Positions 10,901-18,832 of a stretch of DNA of 38,554 nt are shown here, in pieces. Source of the stretch: an uncultured Syntrophomonas sp. (lineage in GTDB: Bacteria; Bacillota; Syntrophomonadia; Syntrophomonadales; Syntrophomonadaceae); contig CAZRMB010000001.1 in NCBI GenBank assembly GCA_964600925.1, positions 1 through 38,554 of the forward strand. The letters are read 5' to 3'. The notes under the pieces were generated by a model. The model was given only the letters and a program-made list of their open reading frames with translations. It had not been told where the DNA came from and did not search any database. The position numbers and the translations under genes were made by a program. Positions within the stretch are counted from its first letter, which is position 1; every line of letters starts with the position of its first letter.

Positions 10901-11595
10901 GTGTAAAGGACAAAGGGTCTGGTCAGATTGTACTTTTGGCAAAGTTTGCCGGCGTCGGCGTCATCGATTTGGAGAGGTTTAAAGCGGCTCTCTATGGCTT
11001 CCAGAGTATTGACAAAGCGATCCTCGGAACCATCCAGATATTTCAGACCTTCCTGACGAGAGGACTCCGAAACTGTCAGATAAAGAGCCGCCTTTTTCAG
11101 GTGCTTGACTTTGCGCTGGTAGTATTGGGAATAACGCGGATTGGGCTTCAGATAATGGTCCGGGTTCAAAAGAGGAATGAGATCGTGCAGAGTCACACTT
11201 ACGGGGGTGATCTGATCGAAACAACCTATGCTGACGACCGCATCATCGACATAGCCTTCGAACAGGCTGTTGATATGAATCACATCGGGCGCCAGACTGG
11301 CCAGGAAGGCTTCACGAATAAGTTCCGCCACTTGACGCCGGACATCATTGGCAGGATGTTCTTCCTGCACTGGTCCCGGGGCATACCAAATGCAGATATT
11401 TTTCTGTGGAAGAAGCCCGTCGAAAGCTGAACGGATGGGTTCGACGGTATCGGGTAAAAGGCCGTTCAAGGCAAGAATGACTTCATGTTCTCCCCTGCTC
11501 TTCACGATGGCCTGAGCCATAGATAGTGTATAGCGACCGATGCCGCGGAAACGACTTTCAGTTTGAGCACCTTGCATATCAATGACAATGCGCAT
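7930..11595 (-). CDS. Multi-domain GT4 polysaccharide polymerase (WbdA/WbpX-like)
   Basis: MRIVIDMQGAQTESRFRGIGRY N-terminus as in WbdA-type enzymes. Two clear Ex7E motifs (EGFGLPALE, EGFGLPMAE) and a third GT-B-like module (GFFLPHKG, ESASAAVRY). Confidence 0.85.
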   Translation of the reverse strand: MRIVIDMQGAQTESRFRGIGRYTLSMAQAIVKSRGEHEVILALNGLLPDTVEPIRSAFDGLLPQKNICIWYAPGPVQEEHPANDVRRQVAELIREAFLASLAPDVIHINSLFEGYVDDAVVSIGCFDQITPVSVTLHDLIPLLNPDHYLKPNPRYSQYYQRKVKHLKKAALYLTVSESSRQEGLKYLDGSEDRFVNTLEAIESRFKPLQIDDADAGKLCQKYNLTRPFVLYTGGADERKNLPRLIQAFAAMPASLRTGHQLLLAGKMSQSDLNRLQHCAKSANLKPDELCVTGYVTDEELVQLYNLCKLFVFPSWHEGFGLPALEAMACGAPVIGANTSSLPEVIALEAAMFDPLDISAITTKMASVLEDDDFRNILRDHGLRQAKQFSWDKSARCVIAALEKLHEKSLTSKPSNWSMIVAEQERSYRRLIDAIAEVSYALSDKDLMVIAECIAGNRELSDRIARTRELPESITWRLEGPFDSSYSLALLNRETARALDALGHHVILHSTEGLGDFLPNKRFLSENPDVASLYNRSLKTTATEPDVTSRNLYPPRVSDMRGRLNFLHEYGWEETGFPFEWVEAFNLSLQGVTVMSNHVEKIMIDNGVNVPISVSEIGVDHWLRVVADTTFRISARKFRFLHVSSCFPRKGADVMLEAYGRAFRASDDVTLIIKTFANPHNEIHHWLEDARGSDSTFPEVLILEDDFSDAQLKALYEQCDVLVAPSRAEGFGLPMAEAMLSELAVITTGWSGQVDFCTPETAWLVDYSFERAKTHFGLFCSAWASPDVSHLAQVMREVFDTPLSLRKQRSAAGRKLLLENFCWSHVAQKLVASIRNWASISELPHPHIGWVTTWNTRCGIAIYSKHLTDSLPAKVHVFAARSSELTGIDFSNVTRSWDVGENDVLYDLATEIDRKKIDVLVIQFNYGFFNFRYFSEFLHTQLDSGRKIILTFHATTDQPHVPQKKLVMLKDAFARCHRLIVHSPADMNRLKKIGLVDNVVLFPLGIKNYMGLDFVNQPETKQGSDTFTIGSYGFFLPHKGLIELIKATAQLKKAGRKVALKMVNAEYPIGESARLITQAHSLVKESGLSEYVQIITDFLPDEQCFSELSCADLVVYPYANTAESASAAVRYGMSLGKPVAVTPISIFDDVRPAVFTLPGTSVDEITLGIGRLIDAIERKDETVSSTMEVLSRWRKEHDYTRLGQRLYGMIQGIVRKYQFANQ

Positions 11596-12755
11596 CAGTG
11601 CTTTCTCCTTTCAATAGCCTGCTTGAGATCAGTATAAATTATGGCGGCGCGGGGTGAAAGTGAATGCACAATATCATCACTCGACTGGTATGATGATGTT
11701 GGAACTCCAGGCGCATTGAAAACAATTCTACGCAGCCGGTCTTTAAGAGTTGGTATACGGTTAAGGAATGAAAGGACCAGGGATTGCATGACTGGACGCC
11801 GCATTGCCCATCTGCCTGCATCGTAAATCACCGCCCGTAGAAAACGCTTGATGCCGATGATTGAGCTGGAGTATTTTTCGCGAAGGTATGAACCAAATTT
11901 TTGGCAGGTAGAGCTGACAGAGCGCAAAGGTGCCGTGACACGCCACGAGGTGCTGTTCAGGATATCGGTCACGCGCGCCTCGGAAGTGCCGATACGGGCC
12001 TCAAGTTGGATTAGCTGACTGTCATAGCGAGCGGTCAGCGTTTCCAGGCTCAATCCATACTCAGTCTCAAAGGCAGTATCCAGAATATGGAACATCTCCT
12101 GATCTGCCACTTTCTGAGCAATAACCGCATAATCCGGACTAACTCCGTTAAAAACGTCATTCAAGGAAAGCGACCGTCCTTGGCGCAATGCCCTGGGCTC
12201 CTGCAGCCTGACAGTCTTGATTCGTGCGAAGCCATAATATTCAGGAAGAAACGAAAGTAACTGAGATGGAATCGGGCGTTCATGGGTGGGGTCAAGATAG
12301 AAACTTCTGGTTCCAACGATAATATTTTCCGGATTTGGTGTCTCCAGAATCAATAATCCGCCGGGCGTCAATACACGGAGAGCATCCTGAACCAAACTCT
12401 GCAAATCAGAGAACCGAAGATGCTCTGCAATGTGGAATCCGGATATAATATCAAGGGTTGAATCAGGCAACTCCTTCAGCGCCGATATTGCATCTTTTAT
12501 TTCCACATTCAACTCTTGCTCACGACAAGCCGCCAGCATTCCTTCATCGATATCCACTCCTTTAACATCTACGCCCCATTCTTTTAAAAGTACCAGCCAT
12601 TCACCACGGCCACAACCCAAATCAATTGCTTTAGGTACGCCGTGAATGCGTATCAATGGTTCAACGAAGGGGAAATACATTCGTAAGCGGGACTTGATCA
12701 CTTCCTGTGATCCACGGAATTTTTCTTCAAATGCCCGGTAAAAGCCGTCACTCAT
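11595..12755 (-). CDS. SAM-dependent methyltransferase, WbdD-like chain terminator
   Basis: FYRAFEEKFRGS, DLGCGRGEWL, ETPNPEN, FYLDPTHERP, followed by a short coiled coil and NSTSWRVTAPLR. ATG at 12755 overlaps the wzt stop (ATGA). Confidence 0.8.
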   Translation of the reverse strand: MSDGFYRAFEEKFRGSQEVIKSRLRMYFPFVEPLIRIHGVPKAIDLGCGRGEWLVLLKEWGVDVKGVDIDEGMLAACREQELNVEIKDAISALKELPDSTLDIISGFHIAEHLRFSDLQSLVQDALRVLTPGGLLILETPNPENIIVGTRSFYLDPTHERPIPSQLLSFLPEYYGFARIKTVRLQEPRALRQGRSLSLNDVFNGVSPDYAVIAQKVADQEMFHILDTAFETEYGLSLETLTARYDSQLIQLEARIGTSEARVTDILNSTSWRVTAPLRSVSSTCQKFGSYLREKYSSSIIGIKRFLRAVIYDAGRWAMRRPVMQSLVLSFLNRIPTLKDRLRRIVFNAPGVPTSSYQSSDDIVHSLSPRAAIIYTDLKQAIERRKH

Positions 12756-13975
12756 TGCGTAAGCTCCAAGGTGGGCGGCAGCCATGCAACGCCTCCAAAA
12801 GTCCCTTTATCAACATTAATCACGCTAAACATCAGTGCGCGATCCCGCCACTCGTAGTTCTTGTCAATGTGGGTATCAGAAGCATGTAAGGCAATTGCAA
12901 TCGAATAAGCCCCCTCGCCAAGATTAGCCACAAACTGAAAATTGAAAACTATCTGTGCCCCTTCATGCAAATTCACCAATGGGCGTCTCAGGTGATAAGT
13001 ATTGGTTCCAAAAACGGGCAGACCAAGTCGATCCTTGATCATATAACCCAGGACAAGCTCCGGCACATCGGAGATTATGCGTACAACAACCCTAAGCTTC
13101 ACTGACTGCCCAACATTCACAACTTCCAATCGTTCATCCTGATCATTCAACAGGGCAGCCTCTTCAATCATAGCTTCCCCGCTACCAGAAATTGTTTGTA
13201 CCTTACCATCATCCATAACTTCCCGCTTAACGTTCTGCCTTTGATTATCTGCCAATACAGCGTTGTAGTAATCCATCACGGCTTCTGGTTTACCTTCCAT
13301 GGTGAGCCTTCCGGCATTGAGCAAAATGGCTCGGTCGCAAATGGATTGGATTGCCTGCTTATCATGGCTTACAATCAATAAGGTTGTCCCCTCGCGACTG
13401 AATTGGCGAATACGATCAAAACTCTTATGCTGGAAATAGGCATCACCAACGGACAGGATTTCATCAACAATCAACACATCCGGCCTCTTAGCGGTAGCAA
13501 CGCTGAAAGCAAGACGCATTTGCATTCCGCTGGAGTAGACACGGACCGGTTGATCGATATACTCGCCAATTTCAGCAAATGCCTCGATTTGCGGCATGAG
13601 ATCGTTTATTTCTTGCGTGCTTAATCCGATCAATTGCCCCGCCATACACGCATTCTGCCGCCCGGTAAAATCAGGGTGAAACCCCATCCCGAGTTCCAAC
13701 ATGGCGGCAACTCGACCGGAAATAACTACCCTTCCACCTGTAGGTTGTGTAGTACCGGTAATTAGTTTGAGTAGTGTGCTTTTGCCAGCTCCGTTGATCC
13801 CGATGATGCCGACCGCTTCACCTGGAGAAATATTGAAGTTGATTTCCTGCAACACCCATTTGAGATGATAACGCTTCCCCCCGAAAGGAAACATCCATTC
13901 ACCCAAGCGGGCCCAGCGACTACGATATTGTTTGTAAGCCTTGCCCAAGTTAGCAACGGAAATACTTCCCGTCAT
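12752..13975 (-). CDS. wzt: Polysaccharide ABC exporter ATPase with C-terminal carbohydrate-binding domain
   Basis: Walker A GINGAGKST, signature YSSGMQMRLAF, Walker B LIVDE, extra ~150-aa Wzt_C domain. Confidence 0.95.
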   Translation of the reverse strand: MTGSISVANLGKAYKQYRSRWARLGEWMFPFGGKRYHLKWVLQEINFNISPGEAVGIIGINGAGKSTLLKLITGTTQPTGGRVVISGRVAAMLELGMGFHPDFTGRQNACMAGQLIGLSTQEINDLMPQIEAFAEIGEYIDQPVRVYSSGMQMRLAFSVATAKRPDVLIVDEILSVGDAYFQHKSFDRIRQFSREGTTLLIVSHDKQAIQSICDRAILLNAGRLTMEGKPEAVMDYYNAVLADNQRQNVKREVMDDGKVQTISGSGEAMIEEAALLNDQDERLEVVNVGQSVKLRVVVRIISDVPELVLGYMIKDRLGLPVFGTNTYHLRRPLVNLHEGAQIVFNFQFVANLGEGAYSIAIALHASDTHIDKNYEWRDRALMFSVINVDKGTFGGVAWLPPTLELTQ

Positions 13976-14763
13976 AATTCATCCACCATTTCACCGGCAC
14001 GTTTACGATAAAGTCGAACGCCGAAAGCGCAGATGGCCATCCCTATCATGGTAACGGGAATAAGCGTGTGCCAGGAAGGCCACAACCCATTGACGAGGAT
14101 ATTCTGGTAAGCGTTGACAATAGACGCCATGGGATTCCAAATAAAAAGCACACGCACTTCCGGGGGAAGGATAGTGAGGGGATACACTATAGGCGTGAAC
14201 CAGAACCAGAATTGCAGGAATATTCCGAAAAACTGGCCTACATCGCGGAAGAAGACATTGAGTATGCCAAGGTTGATAGCCAACCCAATGGAAAAAACGA
14301 TTTGTATGACGAGAACCGGAAAAACAGCCATAAAAGCCAAACCGGGAAAGTTGCCACTCAAAACAAGGAAAATAGTAAATAAACCAAAGCTGATTGCAAA
14401 GTTTAATCCGGCATTCAGAACGATAATAACCGGAAGGCAAATGCGCGGAAAACTGAGTTTTTTAATAAGATTAGCGTATTCGAGAAAAACATTTTGCCCA
14501 CGACCAACAATTTCTGTAAACAGCCCCCACGTGAGAACACCGGCACAAAGATAAATGCTGTAGCCAAAATTTGAAGTAACACCTGGCAACCTCGCACCCA
14601 TTAAGTGAGAAAATATTACTGTATACACAATTATCATGGCCAGGGGATTGAGGACAGCCCAAGTTGCTCCCAGAATAGAATTACGGTATCTGGATTGGAA
14701 CTCACGCCTGACACTACTGAGGATGAAACCACGATATACCCAAATATCTCTAAACATTCCCAT
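13972..14763 (-). CDS. wzm: Polysaccharide ABC exporter permease
   Basis: RYRNSILGATWAVLNPL, FFRDVGQ, WFTPIVYP, NPMASIV; about six TM helices. ATG at 14763 chosen; the ORF extends to 14790. Confidence 0.93.
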   Translation of the reverse strand: MGMFRDIWVYRGFILSSVRREFQSRYRNSILGATWAVLNPLAMIIVYTVIFSHLMGARLPGVTSNFGYSIYLCAGVLTWGLFTEIVGRGQNVFLEYANLIKKLSFPRICLPVIIVLNAGLNFAISFGLFTIFLVLSGNFPGLAFMAVFPVLVIQIVFSIGLAINLGILNVFFRDVGQFFGIFLQFWFWFTPIVYPLTILPPEVRVLFIWNPMASIVNAYQNILVNGLWPSWHTLIPVTMIGMAICAFGVRLYRKRAGEMVDEL

Positions 14764-14774
14764 TATATATTCAG

Positions 14775-15734
14775 TTATTGTCCGCACCAATAATTAATAA
14801 TATCGTTCAGGCTCTGCTCAATGGTAATGGCCGGATGCCAACCCAATTCCGTCTCAATCTTTTCATTAGAACCTATGATTATTTTATTATCACTTGGACG
14901 AACCAGATTCCGATCAACTTTTATGGTCACATCAATGTTCAATATATTGCCCATGATCCGGATAATTTCATCCAGAGATACCCCGATACCACTGCAGACA
15001 TTATAAATTTCCCTGGCCCGTCCCTTATTGAGCAACTGATAGTAAGCAGATACCACATCTCTGACATCGGTAAAATCCCTGATGATCGATGTATCTCCGG
15101 TAACGAGTTCACCCGTTTTTTTCGTGCTTTTTTTAATATTAACTATCTGTCGGGCAAATGATGGCACTACAAAGATATCTCGCTGCAGAGGGCCAATATG
15201 ATTGAACGATCGGGTCATTACGATATCCAGACCATATCCGTCCACATAGACTTTGGACATGAGCTCCTGAGATAATCTGGCAACACCATAGGGGCTGACA
15301 GGCTGTGGAGTTTGACTTTCCCGGAGAGGCAGAAATTTTTCCTCTACATTGCCATATTCTTCGGAAGATCCTACCGACAGAATTCTTGTCGACAGATTCA
15401 ACTTTCTCACCGCTTCCAACAAATTCAGGAATATATTCACGTTATTCTGAAAGCTCACTATCGGTTCTTTCCAACTGAAGGCCACGCTGCTGAAAGAAGC
15501 CAGATGCAGTATATAATCGGGATGAAATTCAAATATAATATCTTCAATTTTAGCTTTATTAAGAAGATTTATTTTCTCGAAATGAATTTTCACATGTTTA
15601 AAGTCTTCCTTTCCAAAGACCGGATCTTGAACATCAATTCCCTTAACTAATGCTCGAATTTCATTGTCCTCCAGGTATTGCAAAAAATGGCGACTGACAA
15701 ACCCCGAGAATCCTGTAATCAAGTATTTCTTCAC
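14775..15734 (-). CDS. rmd: GDP-4-keto-6-deoxy-D-mannose reductase (Rmd-like SDR)
   Basis: LITGFSGFV, HLASFSSV, GSSEEYG, PVSPYG, RSFNHIGP, RDFTDVRDVV. Context with gmd and manC fits GDP-D-rhamnose synthesis. The usual YxxxK appears as YGVAR. Confidence 0.75.
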   Translation of the reverse strand: MKKYLITGFSGFVSRHFLQYLEDNEIRALVKGIDVQDPVFGKEDFKHVKIHFEKINLLNKAKIEDIIFEFHPDYILHLASFSSVAFSWKEPIVSFQNNVNIFLNLLEAVRKLNLSTRILSVGSSEEYGNVEEKFLPLRESQTPQPVSPYGVARLSQELMSKVYVDGYGLDIVMTRSFNHIGPLQRDIFVVPSFARQIVNIKKSTKKTGELVTGDTSIIRDFTDVRDVVSAYYQLLNKGRAREIYNVCSGIGVSLDEIIRIMGNILNIDVTIKVDRNLVRPSDNKIIIGSNEKIETELGWHPAITIEQSLNDIINYWCGQ

Positions 15735-15882
15735 GGTATCAACCTCAAAATTTTATCCTCTCCCAGCTCCGCCCTCTCGATTACACATCCGTAACAAGTT
15801 AATAATTTTAAATTAATACCTCTTTTTCAATAACAAAGCAAGAATTTTCCATCGAGCCATCCTGACTCCGGTTAAGCAAACT

Positions 15883-16953
15883 CTATATAGAAAGTCTTTT
15901 AGCGATAAAAACCGTGCCGAGCGGTGTTATAGGATTAGAGAATTTCTTGAGTTGCCACCCATACTGTGTCATAAGCTTGGAGAAATAGCTTTCTTTAAAC
16001 CCAAGCTCTAACCACCCAAAGTTGCGTGTTGCCCATAGACTTTGTCCGTCAAGACGGAGCCCCCACGGCATTGGAAATGCTTCGTCGATCGGTTCTGCTG
16101 CAAAAACGACTATTCCATCTTGTTCGAGCCGCATTTCAAATTGCGCAACCAAACGCTTGTGGTCGGAGCAATGATGAAAACTCTCAAAAAATAGAATGGC
16201 GTCATAGCGGTCAGGCGGGTCGGCAATGACTGAGAAATCGCCCTCGATCAACGTGAGGTTTTCCGAGAATCCAGCGGCGCGTCCACTAATTATCTCCAGA
16301 AACCTCGGTTCGATATCGATTGCGGTTACATGGTACCCCATGCGAACTAGAGTCACTGTCGTATTTCCCCAGCCAACTCCCAATTCAAGAATTTTTGCAC
16401 CGGGCGGCAATCTCATCAGTTTGATAATCAATCCCAAAGCTAACAACTGGTCGGATACGGTTTCGAAGCTCTTTGTATAGTAAGGAAAGGGTACGGCAAT
16501 TGCTTCCTGTACCTTCAGCCAATCACTGGCTTCATTTGCAAGCTGATAATCCCGGCCACTAATTCGGCTGTAGAGGGAGCATTGTATTTCACGGTACTCG
16601 GAAGAGTCGGGATCATCAGGCAAATTCAATGCTTCAATCTTGAACTCGAATGTGCTGAAAATGTGACGGAGCGCATCATCCGAGATACTTTGCGCCATGT
16701 CACATTCCTTCAACACTGCATCAAGTTCCTCTAGTGTAGTGATCTGCCGCATCACATGGGTAGGAACCGGCGCCTGGTTTGGCTCTCCCGTCACTTCATA
16801 ACATTTCTCTTGGATTCCGACCAGGTCTGGCAATGATGTTGAACATGGTTGGATGCGTACGAGCTGCAAGCCAAGCGGGTGCAGTACATGTACATTGAGC
16901 GCCCGACCAGCTCGATCAAAAAGTCCCTGAAGCTTTGTAAATGTCATGGGCAT
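15883..16953 (-). CDS. Class I SAM-dependent methyltransferase
   Basis: ILELGVGWGN (motif I), VTAIDIE, YDAILFFESFHH. Confidence 0.8.
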   Translation of the reverse strand: MPMTFTKLQGLFDRAGRALNVHVLHPLGLQLVRIQPCSTSLPDLVGIQEKCYEVTGEPNQAPVPTHVMRQITTLEELDAVLKECDMAQSISDDALRHIFSTFEFKIEALNLPDDPDSSEYREIQCSLYSRISGRDYQLANEASDWLKVQEAIAVPFPYYTKSFETVSDQLLALGLIIKLMRLPPGAKILELGVGWGNTTVTLVRMGYHVTAIDIEPRFLEIISGRAAGFSENLTLIEGDFSVIADPPDRYDAILFFESFHHCSDHKRLVAQFEMRLEQDGIVVFAAEPIDEAFPMPWGLRLDGQSLWATRNFGWLELGFKESYFSKLMTQYGWQLKKFSNPITPLGTVFIAKRLSI

Positions 16954-17063
16954 CGGCCTACTTTAAAGATGTTAAAACCATTGATGTTCGACCTGTTGGT
17001 CAACAGAGACGGGGAAGTTGTACATTCAGCATTTCTCCACCATACACGATCTCAATTAGGTTG

Positions 17064-18404
17064 CTAAGCGGTAATCGAACTCGTATCTGTTAAATCAACG
17101 ACACCAACGAGCGGAAGCACGCATGAATTCATTACATTACCGACACAATTAAATGCTGTGGATTCTGTCAAACAGGCAAAGGCCGAATGGATAGTATTTT
17201 GATATATTCCGTCATCATTGAGAATTGTACGCATTGCAGTAAGCTGGGTTACACCACTGCCAAAGCTCCCTCCCACCGGATTGGATACATCTAAGTAAAA
17301 AGTTTCATTGGTTTCCGCACTGTTGTCACCTATGATTTCCACCGGGATCACTGCCTGATCTTCATCGGGGTAGAGCACTAAGGTACCCTGGGTGGCAAGG
17401 TAATCTTCTCCGGCCTTGGCGGAACCATCCCGTGTTACGTAATCTACACTCAGGATCTGGTTGGAATCGCTGCGGCTACCCGTGAATTGCAGCAGGAAGT
17501 ATGCGTAAGTGGTGCCACTGTTACCTTCATTAACCGATTTCTGAACTTCCTCCGGTTTGGTGGGCGCGTTTGGATAGCGCGCACGCAGACTCTCGTCAAT
17601 CCATTGCTGATAGTAACTCAACCGCTGCCAGGAAGCTAATTCACCAAAACTGCTGTTACTCGCATTATCGATATCCGGTGATGCACAGCCGCAGCTCAAG
17701 CTGGCGGTGTAGCTGGCAATGCCGGCGACCTGGCCGGCGATGAAGGCGGGACCACCGCTGTCACCGGAGGAAATTAATCCTTCGCTCTGCCCCAAGCCAA
17801 GTCCGTTACAGTTGATCAGCCTTCCCAACGCATCGTGGGTACTGGTACCGTCGTCGAAATCCGCCACCAGTTGGGTGCCGGCTGTCGGTGTCCAGGACAT
17901 CACAAAACCAAGCCAACTTTTGAGTGTGGCTGCATCGGCATCAAATTGGTTTTCGGCCTTCAGGCGCAGTGGTTTACCACTATAATTAGTCAAAACACCG
18001 GACTCTCCCGTACCGGGGGTCCCGTAGCCCACCATGGTCATGGTTTGTCCGATTTCATCGTCGCTGCGGTAAAGGCTGTACCTATCAGCAGTCACCGGCG
18101 CACTACTCGATAGCCAGACCAAAGCCAGGTCGTTGTTATCCTGAAGGGCATCATAGGACGGTGCAATGGTAATGGAATTTGCGCTTAGAGACTGACTTCC
18201 GGTTGAGGTTTCAAAATAAACGGTGGTGCTACTGGAGGTAGGACTCTCAAACAAATGCGCGGCCGTCAGAACAGCCAGGCCGTCATAGAGCAGGACACCT
18301 GTGCCGTAATAATTGCCGACGACAACCCGCACCACACCGTCATAGCCTTCGCCAACATCGGCACAGTTACATGCATCGGTATATGGGATAACAGTAGTAA
18401 TCAT
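17064..18404 (-). CDS. Trypsin-like (S1) serine protease with C-terminal Calx-beta domain
   Basis: Catalytic triad motifs LTAAH, NDLALV, GDSGGP. Calx-beta signature VDYVTRDGSAKAGEDY...GDNSAETNETFYLDVSNP...TILNDD. No obvious signal peptide. Confidence 0.88.
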   Translation of the reverse strand: MITTVIPYTDACNCADVGEGYDGVVRVVVGNYYGTGVLLYDGLAVLTAAHLFESPTSSSTTVYFETSTGSQSLSANSITIAPSYDALQDNNDLALVWLSSSAPVTADRYSLYRSDDEIGQTMTMVGYGTPGTGESGVLTNYSGKPLRLKAENQFDADAATLKSWLGFVMSWTPTAGTQLVADFDDGTSTHDALGRLINCNGLGLGQSEGLISSGDSGGPAFIAGQVAGIASYTASLSCGCASPDIDNASNSSFGELASWQRLSYYQQWIDESLRARYPNAPTKPEEVQKSVNEGNSGTTYAYFLLQFTGSRSDSNQILSVDYVTRDGSAKAGEDYLATQGTLVLYPDEDQAVIPVEIIGDNSAETNETFYLDVSNPVGGSFGSGVTQLTAMRTILNDDGIYQNTIHSAFACLTESTAFNCVGNVMNSCVLPLVGVVDLTDTSSITA

Positions 18405-18468
18405 TAATTCAGCTCTATAAAAATTAAAAAATTCTTTCTATTATGGCAAATATGATGAGTAACAGTAA

Positions 18469-18687
18469 TTATTGAATTTTGACAATTTCAGCATTTGCAC
18501 CATAGCCGACCAGGGCCTCCTTTAGTGCATTGGAGTAAGCCATACGTGCGGTTTCGAAAACAGCGATCCGTGCTCTAAGTCTTTGTATTTCAGCATCAAC
18601 AAATTGGATGTTAGCCAGCTGTGCCTTGGCATTGTCAGACAGATAATCTAAGTCATATTCTTTTTCGTCAATTTTAATTGTTGGCAT
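18469..18687 (-). CDS. Small conserved coiled-coil protein (DUF6447-like)
   Basis: MPTIKIDEKEYDLDYLSDNAKAQL...QFVDAEIQRL...TARMAY pattern; AAGGA RBS upstream. Confidence 0.7.
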   Translation of the reverse strand: MPTIKIDEKEYDLDYLSDNAKAQLANIQFVDAEIQRLRARIAVFETARMAYSNALKEALVGYGANAEIVKIQ

Positions 18688-18832
18688 TTATGTATCCTTT
18701 CAATGGAAGACTCCGTAAATAGACGGGATGTAAGCAATTCGTCATAGTTGCAATATGCGGTTGTGGATATACTAAAATAGTCCCGATTGTCAAGATCGTT
18801 TATCTGACGGTCGTTTGATTGAAAAAAACCAG

